This document shows, one piece after another, positions 50,621 through 60,474 of a DNA stretch of 64,000 nucleotides (positions are counted from its first letter, which is position 1; each line of letters begins with the position of its first letter). The translations under genes were made by a program, and so were the position numbers. This DNA comes from an uncultured Muribaculaceae bacterium. GTDB taxonomy: Bacteria; Bacteroidota; Bacteroidia; Bacteroidales; Muribaculaceae. The DNA lies in contig CAJTYH010000010.1 of NCBI GenBank assembly GCA_910583675.1, positions 526 through 64,525 on the forward strand, in the 5' to 3' direction. The notes under the pieces are model-generated. The model saw only the letters and a program-made list of their open reading frames with translations. It ran no database searches and was not told the DNA's origin.

Positions 50621-50806
50621 GATGCAAAGGTCACCTTTTTTTTGTACCCGGCAAAATTATTTCATATGTTTTACGGCATAGTTTTAAAACCATAAGATTC
50701 ATAATGCTTGTTAAATTGGATTGCAAACGATTGGTTTTCAGTGCTATGTGGCTTGCTGTATAGATGCGGCTGCGGGATTAAAAACCGTTAATTGAGATGT
50801 TAAAAC

Positions 50807-51571
50807 TTAATATTTGCCAGATTGCTCGAAGCGGTGAAGCGAGAAACTGTTGCCGTCAAACATGCCGTATGAGAAGTGGTGGATCCAATCGCCGAGGATT
50901 ATCATGCGGCTGTCTCCGATGCCGAGTGGAAAGTCCACAAGCACATGTCTGTGGCCGAACACGAAATAGTCCACTGTTCCGGGATTCTCTTTCAGGTATT
51001 CGCGGCAGAATCCGATGAGCGGTTCCCCCTCCTCACCCGAAAAGCGCGGGGTGTAGTGTGCAAAATCGCGTGAATGACTTGACCATCTATACGCAAACGG
51101 GATTGTCCATCTTGGGTTTATGGCTGCATATAACCGTTGGCAGATGCGGTTGCGGAAAGTCGCCCGTATGAACCGGAAAAGGGGGGGCAGTTTGCCCAGG
51201 CCGTCGCCGTGGCTGAGAAAAAATCTGCGTCCCATTATTGTACGTAGCTCATAGCCGTCCACTACCCGCATCCCGATCTCGTCGCGCAGGTAGTCGAACA
51301 GCCATATGTCGTGGTTTCCGATGTACCAGGTGATCCTTACGCCTGAATCTGAAAGCCTTCCGAGGGCGCCGAAGAAGCGTGTAAACCCCCGTGGGACGAC
51401 CGTGCGGTATTCATACCAGTAGTCGAGTATGTCTCCAAGCAGATACAGTTCGGCGGCATCTTCGGCTATCGAATCAAGGAATCTTACTGCCCTGCGCTCA
51501 TACTCCATGGGATCAGTGAAATATCGTGCGCCGAGATGGAGGTCGGAAATGAAATATGCCTTGTCTCTCAC
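50807..51571 (-). CDS. lpxH: UDP-2,3-diacylglucosamine diphosphatase
   Basis: FISDLHLG, LGDILD, GNHD, HGD, FGHRH, LGDW. Confidence 0.9.
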   Translation of the reverse strand: MRDKAYFISDLHLGARYFTDPMEYERRAVRFLDSIAEDAAELYLLGDILDYWYEYRTVVPRGFTRFFGALGRLSDSGVRITWYIGNHDIWLFDYLRDEIGMRVVDGYELRTIMGRRFFLSHGDGLGKLPPLFRFIRATFRNRICQRLYAAINPRWTIPFAYRWSSHSRDFAHYTPRFSGEEGEPLIGFCREYLKENPGTVDYFVFGHRHVLVDFPLGIGDSRMIILGDWIHHFSYGMFDGNSFSLHRFEQSGKY

Positions 51572-51585
51572 TGCTTATGGACGTA

Positions 51586-51906
51586 TTAAAGGAGGCCAAG
51601 TTCGAGTTTTGCCTCTTCGCTCATCATGTCGCGGTTCCATTCCGGTTCGAAAACGACGTTGATCGTCACTGATTTTATCCCTTCAATGGTTTCGAGCTTG
51701 AGGCGCGCGTCCTCCACGATGAAGTCCGCCATCGGGCACGAGGGTGCCGTCATGGTCATATCTATCGTGAGGTTTCCTTCGTCGCTGAGGTCTATCTTGT
51801 ATATCAGTCCGAGGCTGTAGATGTCAACCGGTATCTCTGGATCGAAAACGGTCTTGAGCATTTCCACAACTTTCTCTTCAAGTGCGAGATGTGTCTGTGC
51901 GTCCAT
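51586..51906 (-). CDS. DUF59 / SufT Fe-S cluster assembly protein
   Basis: VFDPEIPVDIYSLGLIY, MTMTAPSCP, MSEEAKLELG. Confidence 0.92.
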   Translation of the reverse strand: MDAQTHLALEEKVVEMLKTVFDPEIPVDIYSLGLIYKIDLSDEGNLTIDMTMTAPSCPMADFIVEDARLKLETIEGIKSVTINVVFEPEWNRDMMSEEAKLELGLL

Positions 51907-52042
51907 TCTATAATTCAATTATATTCGCAAAGATAGCGGTTTTATATGGTTTTTAGAAAAAATTTGCTACTTTTGCGTCTGAGTATGTAATGCGGGAAAG
52001 GGTGGGGAAGTTTAAGGTCAACTCTTAAAAACAGAATAAAAT

Positions 52043-52681
52043 ATGAAAAATCTCAAAGCCGCCGTAGTTTCGGCAATCATGGTCTGTATCGCGTTTCTGG
52101 CATCCGTTCCTGCCGCTTCGGCTGGTAGCCCTCTTCGCTTCGGCATCAAGGCCGGTGTGAACATCAATGAGCTTAAGTTCAATGAAAAAGCATTCGATGC
52201 GGCCAACAGGTCGGGCTTCACCGGTGGTCTTACTCTCCAGTTCACCGCTCCTATAATCAACATCGGTGTGGATGCTTCTGTCATGTATACCCATCGCAAC
52301 AACAGGATCTCCTTTACAGGGGAGGACAATGTGGTGGATCGCATCACCACCAACAACGACTACCTTGAGATACCGGTCAATTTCCGATGGAATATCGGGT
52401 TGCCCCTTGTCGGCAAATTCATAATGCCGTATCTTTTCACGGGCCCTGACTTTTCTTTCCTGCTCTCCAACAAGAATGTAAAGAATGCATGGAATAACCG
52501 CACATTTGATCTCGGGTGGAATTTCGGTCTCGGTCTTCGATTCATAGACCATCTTGAAATCGGTGCATCGTATGGCCTCGGAATCACAAACGCGGCTTCT
52601 GCAGACAATGCTATGTATGGAAAGAACCTCGTAGACGGCAAGAACCGCTTCTGGACTGTTACGGCTGCATGGCTTTTCTGA
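52043..52681 (+). CDS. Outer-membrane beta-barrel (porin/PorT-like) protein
   Basis: Signal peptide, RFGIKAGVN, YLEIPVN, terminal aromatic strand AAWLF. Confidence 0.85.
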   Translation: MKNLKAAVVSAIMVCIAFLASVPAASAGSPLRFGIKAGVNINELKFNEKAFDAANRSGFTGGLTLQFTAPIINIGVDASVMYTHRNNRISFTGEDNVVDRITTNNDYLEIPVNFRWNIGLPLVGKFIMPYLFTGPDFSFLLSNKNVKNAWNNRTFDLGWNFGLGLRFIDHLEIGASYGLGITNAASADNAMYGKNLVDGKNRFWTVTAAWLF

Positions 52682-52866
52682 ACTCCGGCATGTCAGGCTT
52701 TTTAGCCTTGTTAACATAAAATGGGTATTATTGGCAGGGAACCGATTGGTTCCCTGTCTGTTTTTCAGTACCTTTGCAACCGAACGTTTTATGCATGATC
52801 CGGATACGCGATAGCCTTGTTTCCCACGTTTCAGGCTCGTCCGGGCAATTCTCCTACCGAAAATCT

Positions 52867-53496
52867 ATGTCAAGATATCTCATTGCCATATTGATGTGTC
52901 TTTCCGTTGCCGTAATCCCGATGGCGGCTCAGAATGTCGCGTCCTCCAAGGCCGGAAAAGCGGCCAAGACTTCCTCGCATGCCAAAGTTCAGGATGACGA
53001 TGAGCTTACCTATGCTTCGATTTCCAAGACGAATCCCTTTGAGATAGTTCCGGCTGCCGGTATGGAGCTTCTTGACGACATAGACAACAGCGAGACGGCC
53101 ATCATGGCAGCGGATATGATCGCGTTCGCAAAGAAATATCTCGGTACCAGATACGTGCGCGGCGGCAAGTCTCCCAAGAGAGGATTTGACTGTTCGGGGT
53201 TCACGAGCTATGTGTTCGGCCAGTTCGGTTATAAGCTGGGTGCTTCTTCCGGTGACCAGTATTCGACCGGAAGCCAGATAACCCGTGAGGAGGTATGCAA
53301 GGGTGATCTGCTGTTTTTCACAGGACGAAATTCCCGCAGTGGCCGTGTCGGGCATGTGGGGATTGCCATAGACAACAATCCTGTGACGGGTGAGATTACA
53401 TTCATCCATGCCGCTATCAGTGGCGGTATCCGCATAGACCGTATTTCAGCTCCTTATTATGCCACACGCTTCATAGGAGCGCGTCGTGTGCTTTAA
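52867..53496 (+). CDS. NlpC/P60 (C40) cell-wall peptidase
   Basis: GFDCSGFTSYV, GDLLFF, GHVGI, FIHA. Confidence 0.92.
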   Translation: MSRYLIAILMCLSVAVIPMAAQNVASSKAGKAAKTSSHAKVQDDDELTYASISKTNPFEIVPAAGMELLDDIDNSETAIMAADMIAFAKKYLGTRYVRGGKSPKRGFDCSGFTSYVFGQFGYKLGASSGDQYSTGSQITREEVCKGDLLFFTGRNSRSGRVGHVGIAIDNNPVTGEITFIHAAISGGIRIDRISAPYYATRFIGARRVL

Positions 53497-53779
53497 GTTG
53501 ATTGCGTATAGAAAACCGTTTAAAAAGAAGATATGATGCCCATGTCCGTGACAACAGTCCGGATATGGGCTTTCCTTTTGTGGATTTCATGAATGGTAGA
53601 GTGGTTCTGCGAATTTTCCCGGTTGATGGCTAAGCATAAATTGGCAATTCCCGAGCAAGCCTTCGGAGAAGGCTTGCTCGGGAAAGCGTTAATATAACGA
53701 TGTATTACATTGGAAATATCTTTAACGATATTTAACAATGGGGGGGGTAGAATGGGCAGAAATATTTAATTTTGCGGAT

Positions 53780-53992
53780 GTTAACGGGCAACTCATGATA
53801 GCATTTTAGGAGTTGCTATAAAGGTTATATGACCTTAGGGTATTCATTGGAAATACCCACGACGCAATACACAATTAAGCCAGCAATTATGGCACCGTCC
53901 GCAAGGTTGCGATAAAGTAGTCTTGTCGCTCCCTTGCTCTATTGTCCGGCTATCCGTGGGGCGGCTCCGTGAGGAGTGCCCTACGGTTTTTG
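53780..53992 (+). ncRNA. Candidate structured stand-alone RNA
   Basis: TAATTTTG box at 53767-53774, four to five stems, terminator at 53954-53992, no long ORF. Confidence 0.5.
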
Positions 53993-54073
53993 TGTTTTGT
54001 GTGAAAATACACCGGGTGCTATCTGTTTATTCGAAAGATTATAGTTAATTTTGTCTTGAATCTCGGCTCTGGT

Positions 54074-54637
54074 ATGACAGCGAATTTCAACTCATATATG
54101 GACTCCCCGGGAGTGGCCTATTGGCGTGCCCTCTGCGAAAGGGAGGGGGTTCTACGGCATTATGACAAGGGAACGGATTTTTTTACAGTGGGGAACGTAG
54201 CGCAATATCTGGGATTCATTCAGTCTGGTACGCTTAAATATGTGGCATATGGGCAGGATGGTTCGGAGCATGTCTTGGGATTGGAATTTGCCGGGGAGTT
54301 TGTCGCAGATTTCCCTTTCTCTTTCAGGGGGATTCCTGCCCGTACTTCAGTCGTAGCCACGACTCCATGCGACATTCTTTGTGTCTCCACCAGGGCGGTA
54401 AGCGAGATGATGAAAAGTGACAACGGGTTGAGGGAGGTAGTCATGATCAGCACCGAGGCTGTGTTTTCCACTGTCTATGACCGTTACGCCGCCCTATACT
54501 CCCAAACCTCCCAAGAGAGATACAACGACCTTATTTCCAGACATCCCGATCTGTTCAACCTTTTTTCACTCAAGGACATTGCCTCGTTCCTGAAAATCAC
54601 GCCGACACATCTTAGCCGTCTGAGGAAGAATGTTTAG
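54074..54637 (+). CDS. Crp/Fnr family transcriptional regulator
   Basis: cNMP-binding-like domain (GFIQSG..KY), ERY..L...P, LKDIASFLKITPTHLSRLRK HTH. Confidence 0.9.
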   Translation: MTANFNSYMDSPGVAYWRALCEREGVLRHYDKGTDFFTVGNVAQYLGFIQSGTLKYVAYGQDGSEHVLGLEFAGEFVADFPFSFRGIPARTSVVATTPCDILCVSTRAVSEMMKSDNGLREVVMISTEAVFSTVYDRYAALYSQTSQERYNDLISRHPDLFNLFSLKDIASFLKITPTHLSRLRKNV

Positions 54638-54654
54638 CCATTCTGGATCTCTTT

Positions 54655-54698
54655 TCAACATATGTTGAGGCCGATTGCAACCTTCTGATGTAGTTTTG
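54655..54698 (+). promoter_or_regulatory. Palindrome TCAACATATGTTGA upstream of a TAGTTTTG -7 box (putative Crp/Fnr site)
   Basis: Perfect 14-bp palindrome at 54655-54668; -7 box at 54691-54698. Confidence 0.6.
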
Positions 54699-54724
54699 CG
54701 TCAAAAATCAAAAGGTTCATCAAT

Positions 54725-56803
54725 ATGAGGAATATATACACACTCCTTGCCGCCTTGTTGTGTGCGGGGGAGATAATGGCGCAGACGGAAAAATCGGATA
54801 CCATCATGGGACGGGAGCTTCAGGATGTGGTAATTGAAGCTCCGAGAGTGATTCACAAGGCTGACATGGATGTCTATCACCCCTCCCATAGCGCGGTGGA
54901 GGCTTCCAAGAACGGCATGCAGTTGCTTGACAACCTTATGATCCCCTCGCTGTCGGTAAATGACGTACTTGGAACCATATCGGCAGCCGGGGAATCGGTG
55001 CAGGTGCGAATCAATGGCCGGGAATCTTCGATCGATCAAGTCAGGGCATTGCTTCCAGAGACAGTCAAACGGGTGGAGTGGATGGATAACCCCGGTCTGA
55101 GATATGGGGGCGCGAATTACGTGTTGAATTTCGTCGTTGCCAATCCGACGCTCGGAGGCTCGTTTCAAGGGCAGGCACGTCCGGCTCTCAACGAGGCGTG
55201 GGGATTCTATATGGCGGATGCGAAGTTCAATAGCGGTCGTTCCCAGTGGGAAATATATGCGAGTTGCAAGTTGACAGAGAACGTAAAGATTTTCCGTGAC
55301 TATGCGGAGACTTTCACCTACCCGGACGGGACTTCCCTCACGCGCACAGAGACTCCGCGCGGCGGAAGCCTTGATAATTCGCTGCCTTACTATCTGGCTT
55401 CATATAATTACGTAAAGCCCGACACCACGGTCTTCATGGTCAGCCTGACCAATCAGCAGCACCTTGGCAACAGGACGGAATATAACGGTTTGCTGTCGCT
55501 GAGCGACGGGTCGGACGACATTCTCCTTACTGAACGTTCCGGTGACAAAGGCAACTATCCCTCTTTGTCGGTGTATCTTCAACAGAATTTCGCACATAGG
55601 CAGATGCTGGTCGTAGATTTCAACGCATCCATGTATATAGGACGTTCATGGTCGGACTACCTTGAGCAATTGCCCGGCGCGTCGGATTTCCTTACCGACA
55701 TACACACCAACATCAAAGACCGCAATCAAGCATACGGCATTGAGGCCGATTACATAAAGAACTGGAAAAAATCCCGTTTGACAGCAGGTGTATCCTATAA
55801 TGCGAACCGCAATCGCTCTCAATATGAGAATCTTGGCAATGAAATATTCCATCAGCGTCAGGACAAGGTATATTTCTTCGCGGAGTATTTCCAGCGTTTC
55901 GGGAAATGGACGGCGACAGCGGGTATCGGGGCGCAATACACCGACTTCTATTTCAAGGAATCAGCCCGTGGTAATCACTCGTGGAGTGCGCGTCCTCAGG
56001 CTACGGTTACATATTCGTTGAACCAGGATCATAACTTCCGGCTCAATTTCACCTCCTGGCAGTCGGCTCCGTCGCTAGCCGAAACAAATCCCGTGCCCCA
56101 GCAGCTTGACGGATTCCAATGGCGTATCGGCAACCAGGATCTACGAACGTCCAGTTCCTATATGCTTACATTCCGTTACGGCTTCAATCTGCCGAGGGTA
56201 AACGGGTCTTTCGGAATACGTGCATTCACTTCTCCGAACGCCATCACTCCGTTGCTGCATTGGGAAGATGAGCGGCTTGTGACCACCTACGAAAACAGCA
56301 TGGGGCTTCAGAATCTGTCGTTCTTCATTTATCCGCAAATAGAAGTGGTTCCTGAATGGTTGACTCTTAGCGGAGGGGTGCAGTACCGCATGGAGCGTAT
56401 GCGTGGCACCGGCTACGATCTTCGCAACAGCGCATGGAGCGGAAACGTGAATCTGCAAGTGATGCACTGGGGATTCACACTGTCCGGACAATATGTGCGC
56501 GCTCAACGTGACCTTTGGGGTGAGAAAATCAGTTGGGGTGAAGATGTGAGCATCATCGACCTCGCCTACAACTGGAAAAACTGGCAATTCAGTGCCGGCA
56601 TGCTGATGCCGTTTGGGGAGTATGATCAAGGCTCCCGATTGTTGAGCAAATGGAATACCAACGAGCAGCACATGCGCCTTGACATGCGCATGCCTTATAT
56701 ATCTGTCAGTTACAATGTGCAGTGGGGGCGGCAGAAACGTGGAGTGCAGAAACTCGTCAATGCCGATGCCAAGACCGATGCCTCTACAGCCGGCGGACGA
56801 TAG
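54725..56803 (+). CDS. Outer-membrane beta-barrel protein, TonB-dependent-receptor-like
   Basis: Signal peptide, ELQDVVIEA, plug-like VRINGR..VKRVEW..NPGLRY, GNQDL, amphipathic strands. Confidence 0.8.
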   Translation: MRNIYTLLAALLCAGEIMAQTEKSDTIMGRELQDVVIEAPRVIHKADMDVYHPSHSAVEASKNGMQLLDNLMIPSLSVNDVLGTISAAGESVQVRINGRESSIDQVRALLPETVKRVEWMDNPGLRYGGANYVLNFVVANPTLGGSFQGQARPALNEAWGFYMADAKFNSGRSQWEIYASCKLTENVKIFRDYAETFTYPDGTSLTRTETPRGGSLDNSLPYYLASYNYVKPDTTVFMVSLTNQQHLGNRTEYNGLLSLSDGSDDILLTERSGDKGNYPSLSVYLQQNFAHRQMLVVDFNASMYIGRSWSDYLEQLPGASDFLTDIHTNIKDRNQAYGIEADYIKNWKKSRLTAGVSYNANRNRSQYENLGNEIFHQRQDKVYFFAEYFQRFGKWTATAGIGAQYTDFYFKESARGNHSWSARPQATVTYSLNQDHNFRLNFTSWQSAPSLAETNPVPQQLDGFQWRIGNQDLRTSSSYMLTFRYGFNLPRVNGSFGIRAFTSPNAITPLLHWEDERLVTTYENSMGLQNLSFFIYPQIEVVPEWLTLSGGVQYRMERMRGTGYDLRNSAWSGNVNLQVMHWGFTLSGQYVRAQRDLWGEKISWGEDVSIIDLAYNWKNWQFSAGMLMPFGEYDQGSRLLSKWNTNEQHMRLDMRMPYISVSYNVQWGRQKRGVQKLVNADAKTDASTAGGR

Positions 56804-56848
56804 TTTCTCTTTGCCCGGCTTATAATTGTCGGGGAGCGGTATGAATGG

Positions 56849-56900
56849 CAAACTCCCGGCTTGATGACCTTTTGGTCGAGAGCCGGGAGTTTGTGTTTTG
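56849..56900. terminator. Terminator between convergent genes
   Basis: CAAACTCCCGGCT...AGCCGGGAGTTTG. Confidence 0.65.
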
Positions 56901-56920
56901 TATCAGGTTGGAGGTGGGTA

Positions 56921-58003
56921 TCAGAGGTATTTTTCCCCAAAGGCGAGATGGGCATCGTTCACCATCTGCTTGATGCGCTGTTCCTCGGCTTTCGGACAGA
57001 TGAGCAGCACATCCCCGGCATCGGCTACTATATAGTCGGCAAGGCCGTCTACTACAACCAGTTTCTCCCCGTTTACCGCGAATATGTTGCCGGATGAATT
57101 GTAGGACAGGACATTGCAGTTCTGCGTCACATTGGCATCACGGTTCTTGGGAGAGTTGTCGTAGAGTGCGCTCCATGTGCCAAGGTCGCTCCATCCGAAA
57201 CTTACGCATTCCACGTATACGTTGGTGGCTTTCTCCATCACGGCGAAGTCAATGGATATGCTCATGCAGCCGGGGAAGTGTTCGGCGATGAACTTCCGTT
57301 CGGCCTCGGTGCCGTAAACTCCTTCCCCCTTGTCGAATATGTTTGTCACGTCGGGCACATAGGTCTTCATGGCATCTATTATGGTGGATGCTTTCCAGAT
57401 GAAGATTCCGGAATTCCAGAAAAACTCCCCCGATTCTACGAAGACCTCGGCCAGTTCGCGACGCGGTTTCTCGGTGAATGTCTTTACGGCATATATGTCC
57501 CCGTCGGTTTTCGAGCCGATCTGGATGTAACCGTATCCGGTTTCAGGCCTTGTCGGTTTTATGCCGAGTGTAAGCAGCGCATCGTTGCTCTCCACGAATT
57601 CGAATCCTTTCTTGATGGACTCTATAAAGATGTTTTCGCGGGTGATGAGCGAATCGCTGGGAGCTACGATCACGCTTGCCTGTGGATCCTTTGCCGCTAT
57701 GTGGTACATCGCCCATGCGATGCATGGCGCGGTGTTGCGGCGTGCCGGTTCAAGCAGGATCTGGCTTTCGTCAAGCTCCGGGAGCTGTTCGCGCACAAGC
57801 GGAGCATGTTGCTCGTTGGTCACTATTATTATGTGTTCCTTGGGGACGAGTGGCAGTATCCTGTCAAAGCTCATCTGGAGGAGGCTTCTGCCGGTTCCGA
57901 GGAAGTCGATGAATTGTTTCGGACGTGAGGAACGGCTGTATGGCCAGAACCGTGAGCCGATGCCTCCGCACATAATGACGCAGTAGCGGTGGTTGTCTGT
58001 CAT
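56921..58003 (-). CDS. manC: Mannose-1-phosphate guanylyltransferase
   Basis: IMCGGIGSRFWP.SR..PKQF, RNTAPCI, PETGYGYI, WNSG, WSDLGTW. Confidence 0.93.
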   Translation of the reverse strand: MTDNHRYCVIMCGGIGSRFWPYSRSSRPKQFIDFLGTGRSLLQMSFDRILPLVPKEHIIIVTNEQHAPLVREQLPELDESQILLEPARRNTAPCIAWAMYHIAAKDPQASVIVAPSDSLITRENIFIESIKKGFEFVESNDALLTLGIKPTRPETGYGYIQIGSKTDGDIYAVKTFTEKPRRELAEVFVESGEFFWNSGIFIWKASTIIDAMKTYVPDVTNIFDKGEGVYGTEAERKFIAEHFPGCMSISIDFAVMEKATNVYVECVSFGWSDLGTWSALYDNSPKNRDANVTQNCNVLSYNSSGNIFAVNGEKLVVVDGLADYIVADAGDVLLICPKAEEQRIKQMVNDAHLAFGEKYL

Positions 58004-58183
58004 GTCTTTTATAGAGTGTGTGGTTTGGTTTGCTAAGTTATGATTTTACAATGACATTTCCAAAATTAGGTTGCAGGTTTTTATAATAATTGATTAAATT
58101 TGCATCTGTGAGCACTTTTTGGCGGGGAAAGATGTTTAAGTTTTCGGAAGTCGCCTGATTTGTGGAATTTTAATACATATGAA

Positions 58184-58942
58184 ATGTTGAATTTAGGGAA
58201 ATATCTTTTCAAGCGCTCGGTTCTGATGGTCGTGGCCATGTCGGCATCTTTGGCCGCGGCGGGAGTGAACCCTTATCCGCAGCTGAAGGAGAAGGCGCAA
58301 CGCGCTTTCGACCATGCCGAATGGGCATCTGCGTCGGCTTTGTTCGATCTGATGCTTGATGAGAAGCCGGATGTGCCCGACACATATGGCCAGGCGATCG
58401 TCGCCAATGCCATGAGGGGGGATCATGAGGCTGAGATGCTCCTTATGCAGAAGGCACTTGACAATCATATCCCCTTTGATTCGGTGTTCTCCCGTGTGTC
58501 GCAGTGGAGCTTTCATCTGGGCAAGACACATCTTTACGAGGAGTTCCTCAAGGAGACACGTAAGGGGCATCCGTGGATGAAGCGCACCATTGACGGGAAT
58601 TTGTTGAAGTACTATACCTTTCGGAGGAATGGTGAGCTAATGGTGGAGTATAGCCGGATGATGCTTGCCGGTGCGCCGGACAATCCCGGCTTCCTTACCA
58701 CACTGGCCGAAGGATACATGCTTCAGGGGATGGAAGCAGAGGGGATGGAGGCTTATCGCAGGGTGCTTGACGTGGCTCCGGATGACCTGCACGCTCTCCT
58801 CTCGCTTGGGAATTTCTATGCCTTGAAGGATGACGATGCATCCCGCGTAAAGGCGATGGAATATCTCGAAAAGGCATATGCCATCCATGCCACACCCTAT
58901 GTGGCGGCCACGCTTGAAACTCTTAGGCGTACTGTGAAATAA
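58184..58942 (+). CDS. Exported TPR-like helical protein, function unknown
   Basis: Signal peptide, TPR-like C-terminal repeats. Confidence 0.65.
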   Translation: MLNLGKYLFKRSVLMVVAMSASLAAAGVNPYPQLKEKAQRAFDHAEWASASALFDLMLDEKPDVPDTYGQAIVANAMRGDHEAEMLLMQKALDNHIPFDSVFSRVSQWSFHLGKTHLYEEFLKETRKGHPWMKRTIDGNLLKYYTFRRNGELMVEYSRMMLAGAPDNPGFLTTLAEGYMLQGMEAEGMEAYRRVLDVAPDDLHALLSLGNFYALKDDDASRVKAMEYLEKAYAIHATPYVAATLETLRRTVK

Positions 58943-58946
58943 TGTG

Positions 58947-59621
58947 TCAGTCCAGAAGGTCGGGACGTAGGCGGCGGGTGCGTTCGAGCGCCTGCTCATG
59001 TCGCCATTCCGCTATCTTGGCTTCATGACCGGAAAGGAGTATGTCGGGCACGCGCCAGCCGTTGTATTCTGCCGGACGGGTATAGTCCGGGGCTGACAAC
59101 AGCTTGTCCTGAAACGAATCCGAAAGTGCGCTCTGCTCGTCTCCTATGGCACCGGGGATCAGACGCACTAGTGCGTCCGATATTATTATTGCCGGTAGCT
59201 CTCCACCGGTAAGCACATAGTCTCCTATGGATATTTCCTTTGTGATCAAGTGTTCGCGCACACGGTAGTCCACCCCCTTGTAGTGTCCGCAAAGGATCAT
59301 GATATTGTTCATCAACGACATGCGATTGGCCATGGGCTGGTCGAAGCGTTCGCCGTCGGGAGAGGTGAATATGACCTCGTCGTAGTCCCTTTGCGCCTTC
59401 AGCGACGAGATGCAGCGGTCTATAGGCTCTACTTGCATTACCATTCCGGCTTCCCCTCCGAACGGATAGTCGTCCACCTTGCGGTGCTTGTTGGTGGTAT
59501 AGTCGCGCAGGTTATGTATGTGGAAATCCACAAGTCCCTTGTTTTGTGCCCGCTGAAGTATGGAGCATCCAAGGGGGGAGTCGAACATCTCTGGAAGTAC
59601 GGTCAGTATGTCTATGCGCAT
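58947..59621 (-). CDS. trmD: tRNA (guanine37-N1)-methyltransferase
   Basis: [35 protein letters not shown]. Confidence 0.97.
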   Translation of the reverse strand: MRIDILTVLPEMFDSPLGCSILQRAQNKGLVDFHIHNLRDYTTNKHRKVDDYPFGGEAGMVMQVEPIDRCISSLKAQRDYDEVIFTSPDGERFDQPMANRMSLMNNIMILCGHYKGVDYRVREHLITKEISIGDYVLTGGELPAIIISDALVRLIPGAIGDEQSALSDSFQDKLLSAPDYTRPAEYNGWRVPDILLSGHEAKIAEWRHEQALERTRRLRPDLLD

Positions 59622-59643
59622 TTGTTGTCTTTTTTTGTCGGTT

Positions 59644-60462
59644 TCAGATGAGTTTGTCCTGTTGGAGAATCTGGAGTGCGAGAGTTCCACGGTAGATGTT
59701 TCCGCCGATAGAGTATCCTGCGATCCTGTCCGCCGGCCATGATCCGATGTCGGCTATGCGTATAGGCTTTTGCAGTATCCGGTTCCATGCCCATATTTCA
59801 CCGAGCGCAAGCAGAGGTTCAGGATCCCGTATAAGCAGGAAAAGAGGCGCAAGGTGGTCTGTTTCCTCGGACTGGTGCCTTTCCGGATGCATGTGTTCAT
59901 ACAGACTTCTTTCCGGCGTGTGGCTGGGATATATGTCCCCAAGTTGCTTCTGATGTATGACTCTTAGTTCCTTGCTCAGTGTCGGGCGCATGTGAGGGAA
60001 TAGGCTCACTACCATTTTTTCCGTGTCCACTAGCAGGTTGTGGAGTTTCCGTGCGTATGCGACCAGTGTTTTCTCTCCTGTCGCATCCTGTCTGTCGATC
60101 GCCTGTTGCCACGCCCATGCGGCGATATGTGGTGCCGACGTGCTGTTTTCCGGCAGGTCGGGTCGGAGTGCGTTCATTATGGTGAATACACCGAATCCGG
60201 GGGCTATGTCGTAGCGTGCAAGCTGTCCGCGAAGCCAGACATCGAGCGAGCCTACGATCTCCACTGTCTGGTCGGCTCCTTTCAGGCGTATTATGGCTCC
60301 GGGATACCTATGGTCTATCAACGGGGAGTCGGTAGGAAGATACAGCGGGGCGGTTACGCGCCTAAGGGATAATTTCTCTGTCAGGCGTGGTTCAAGGAAG
60401 CGTTTTATCTCTGTGAGCGCTATTTCCGCTGTCTCGTGCAGGAGGCGTGGCTTCAGGTGCAT
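59644..60462 (-). CDS. Divergent AsnA (aspartate-ammonia ligase)-like protein, probably non-catalytic
   Basis: [26 protein letters not shown] retained; most active-site motifs altered. Confidence 0.7.
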   Translation of the reverse strand: MHLKPRLLHETAEIALTEIKRFLEPRLTEKLSLRRVTAPLYLPTDSPLIDHRYPGAIIRLKGADQTVEIVGSLDVWLRGQLARYDIAPGFGVFTIMNALRPDLPENSTSAPHIAAWAWQQAIDRQDATGEKTLVAYARKLHNLLVDTEKMVVSLFPHMRPTLSKELRVIHQKQLGDIYPSHTPERSLYEHMHPERHQSEETDHLAPLFLLIRDPEPLLALGEIWAWNRILQKPIRIADIGSWPADRIAGYSIGGNIYRGTLALQILQQDKLI

Positions 60463-60474
60463 GTGCGTCTACAG

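Noticed and set aside
50392..50800. Integrated element at tRNA-Pro
   Set aside because: No integrase and no duplicated tRNA 3' end seen in the window.
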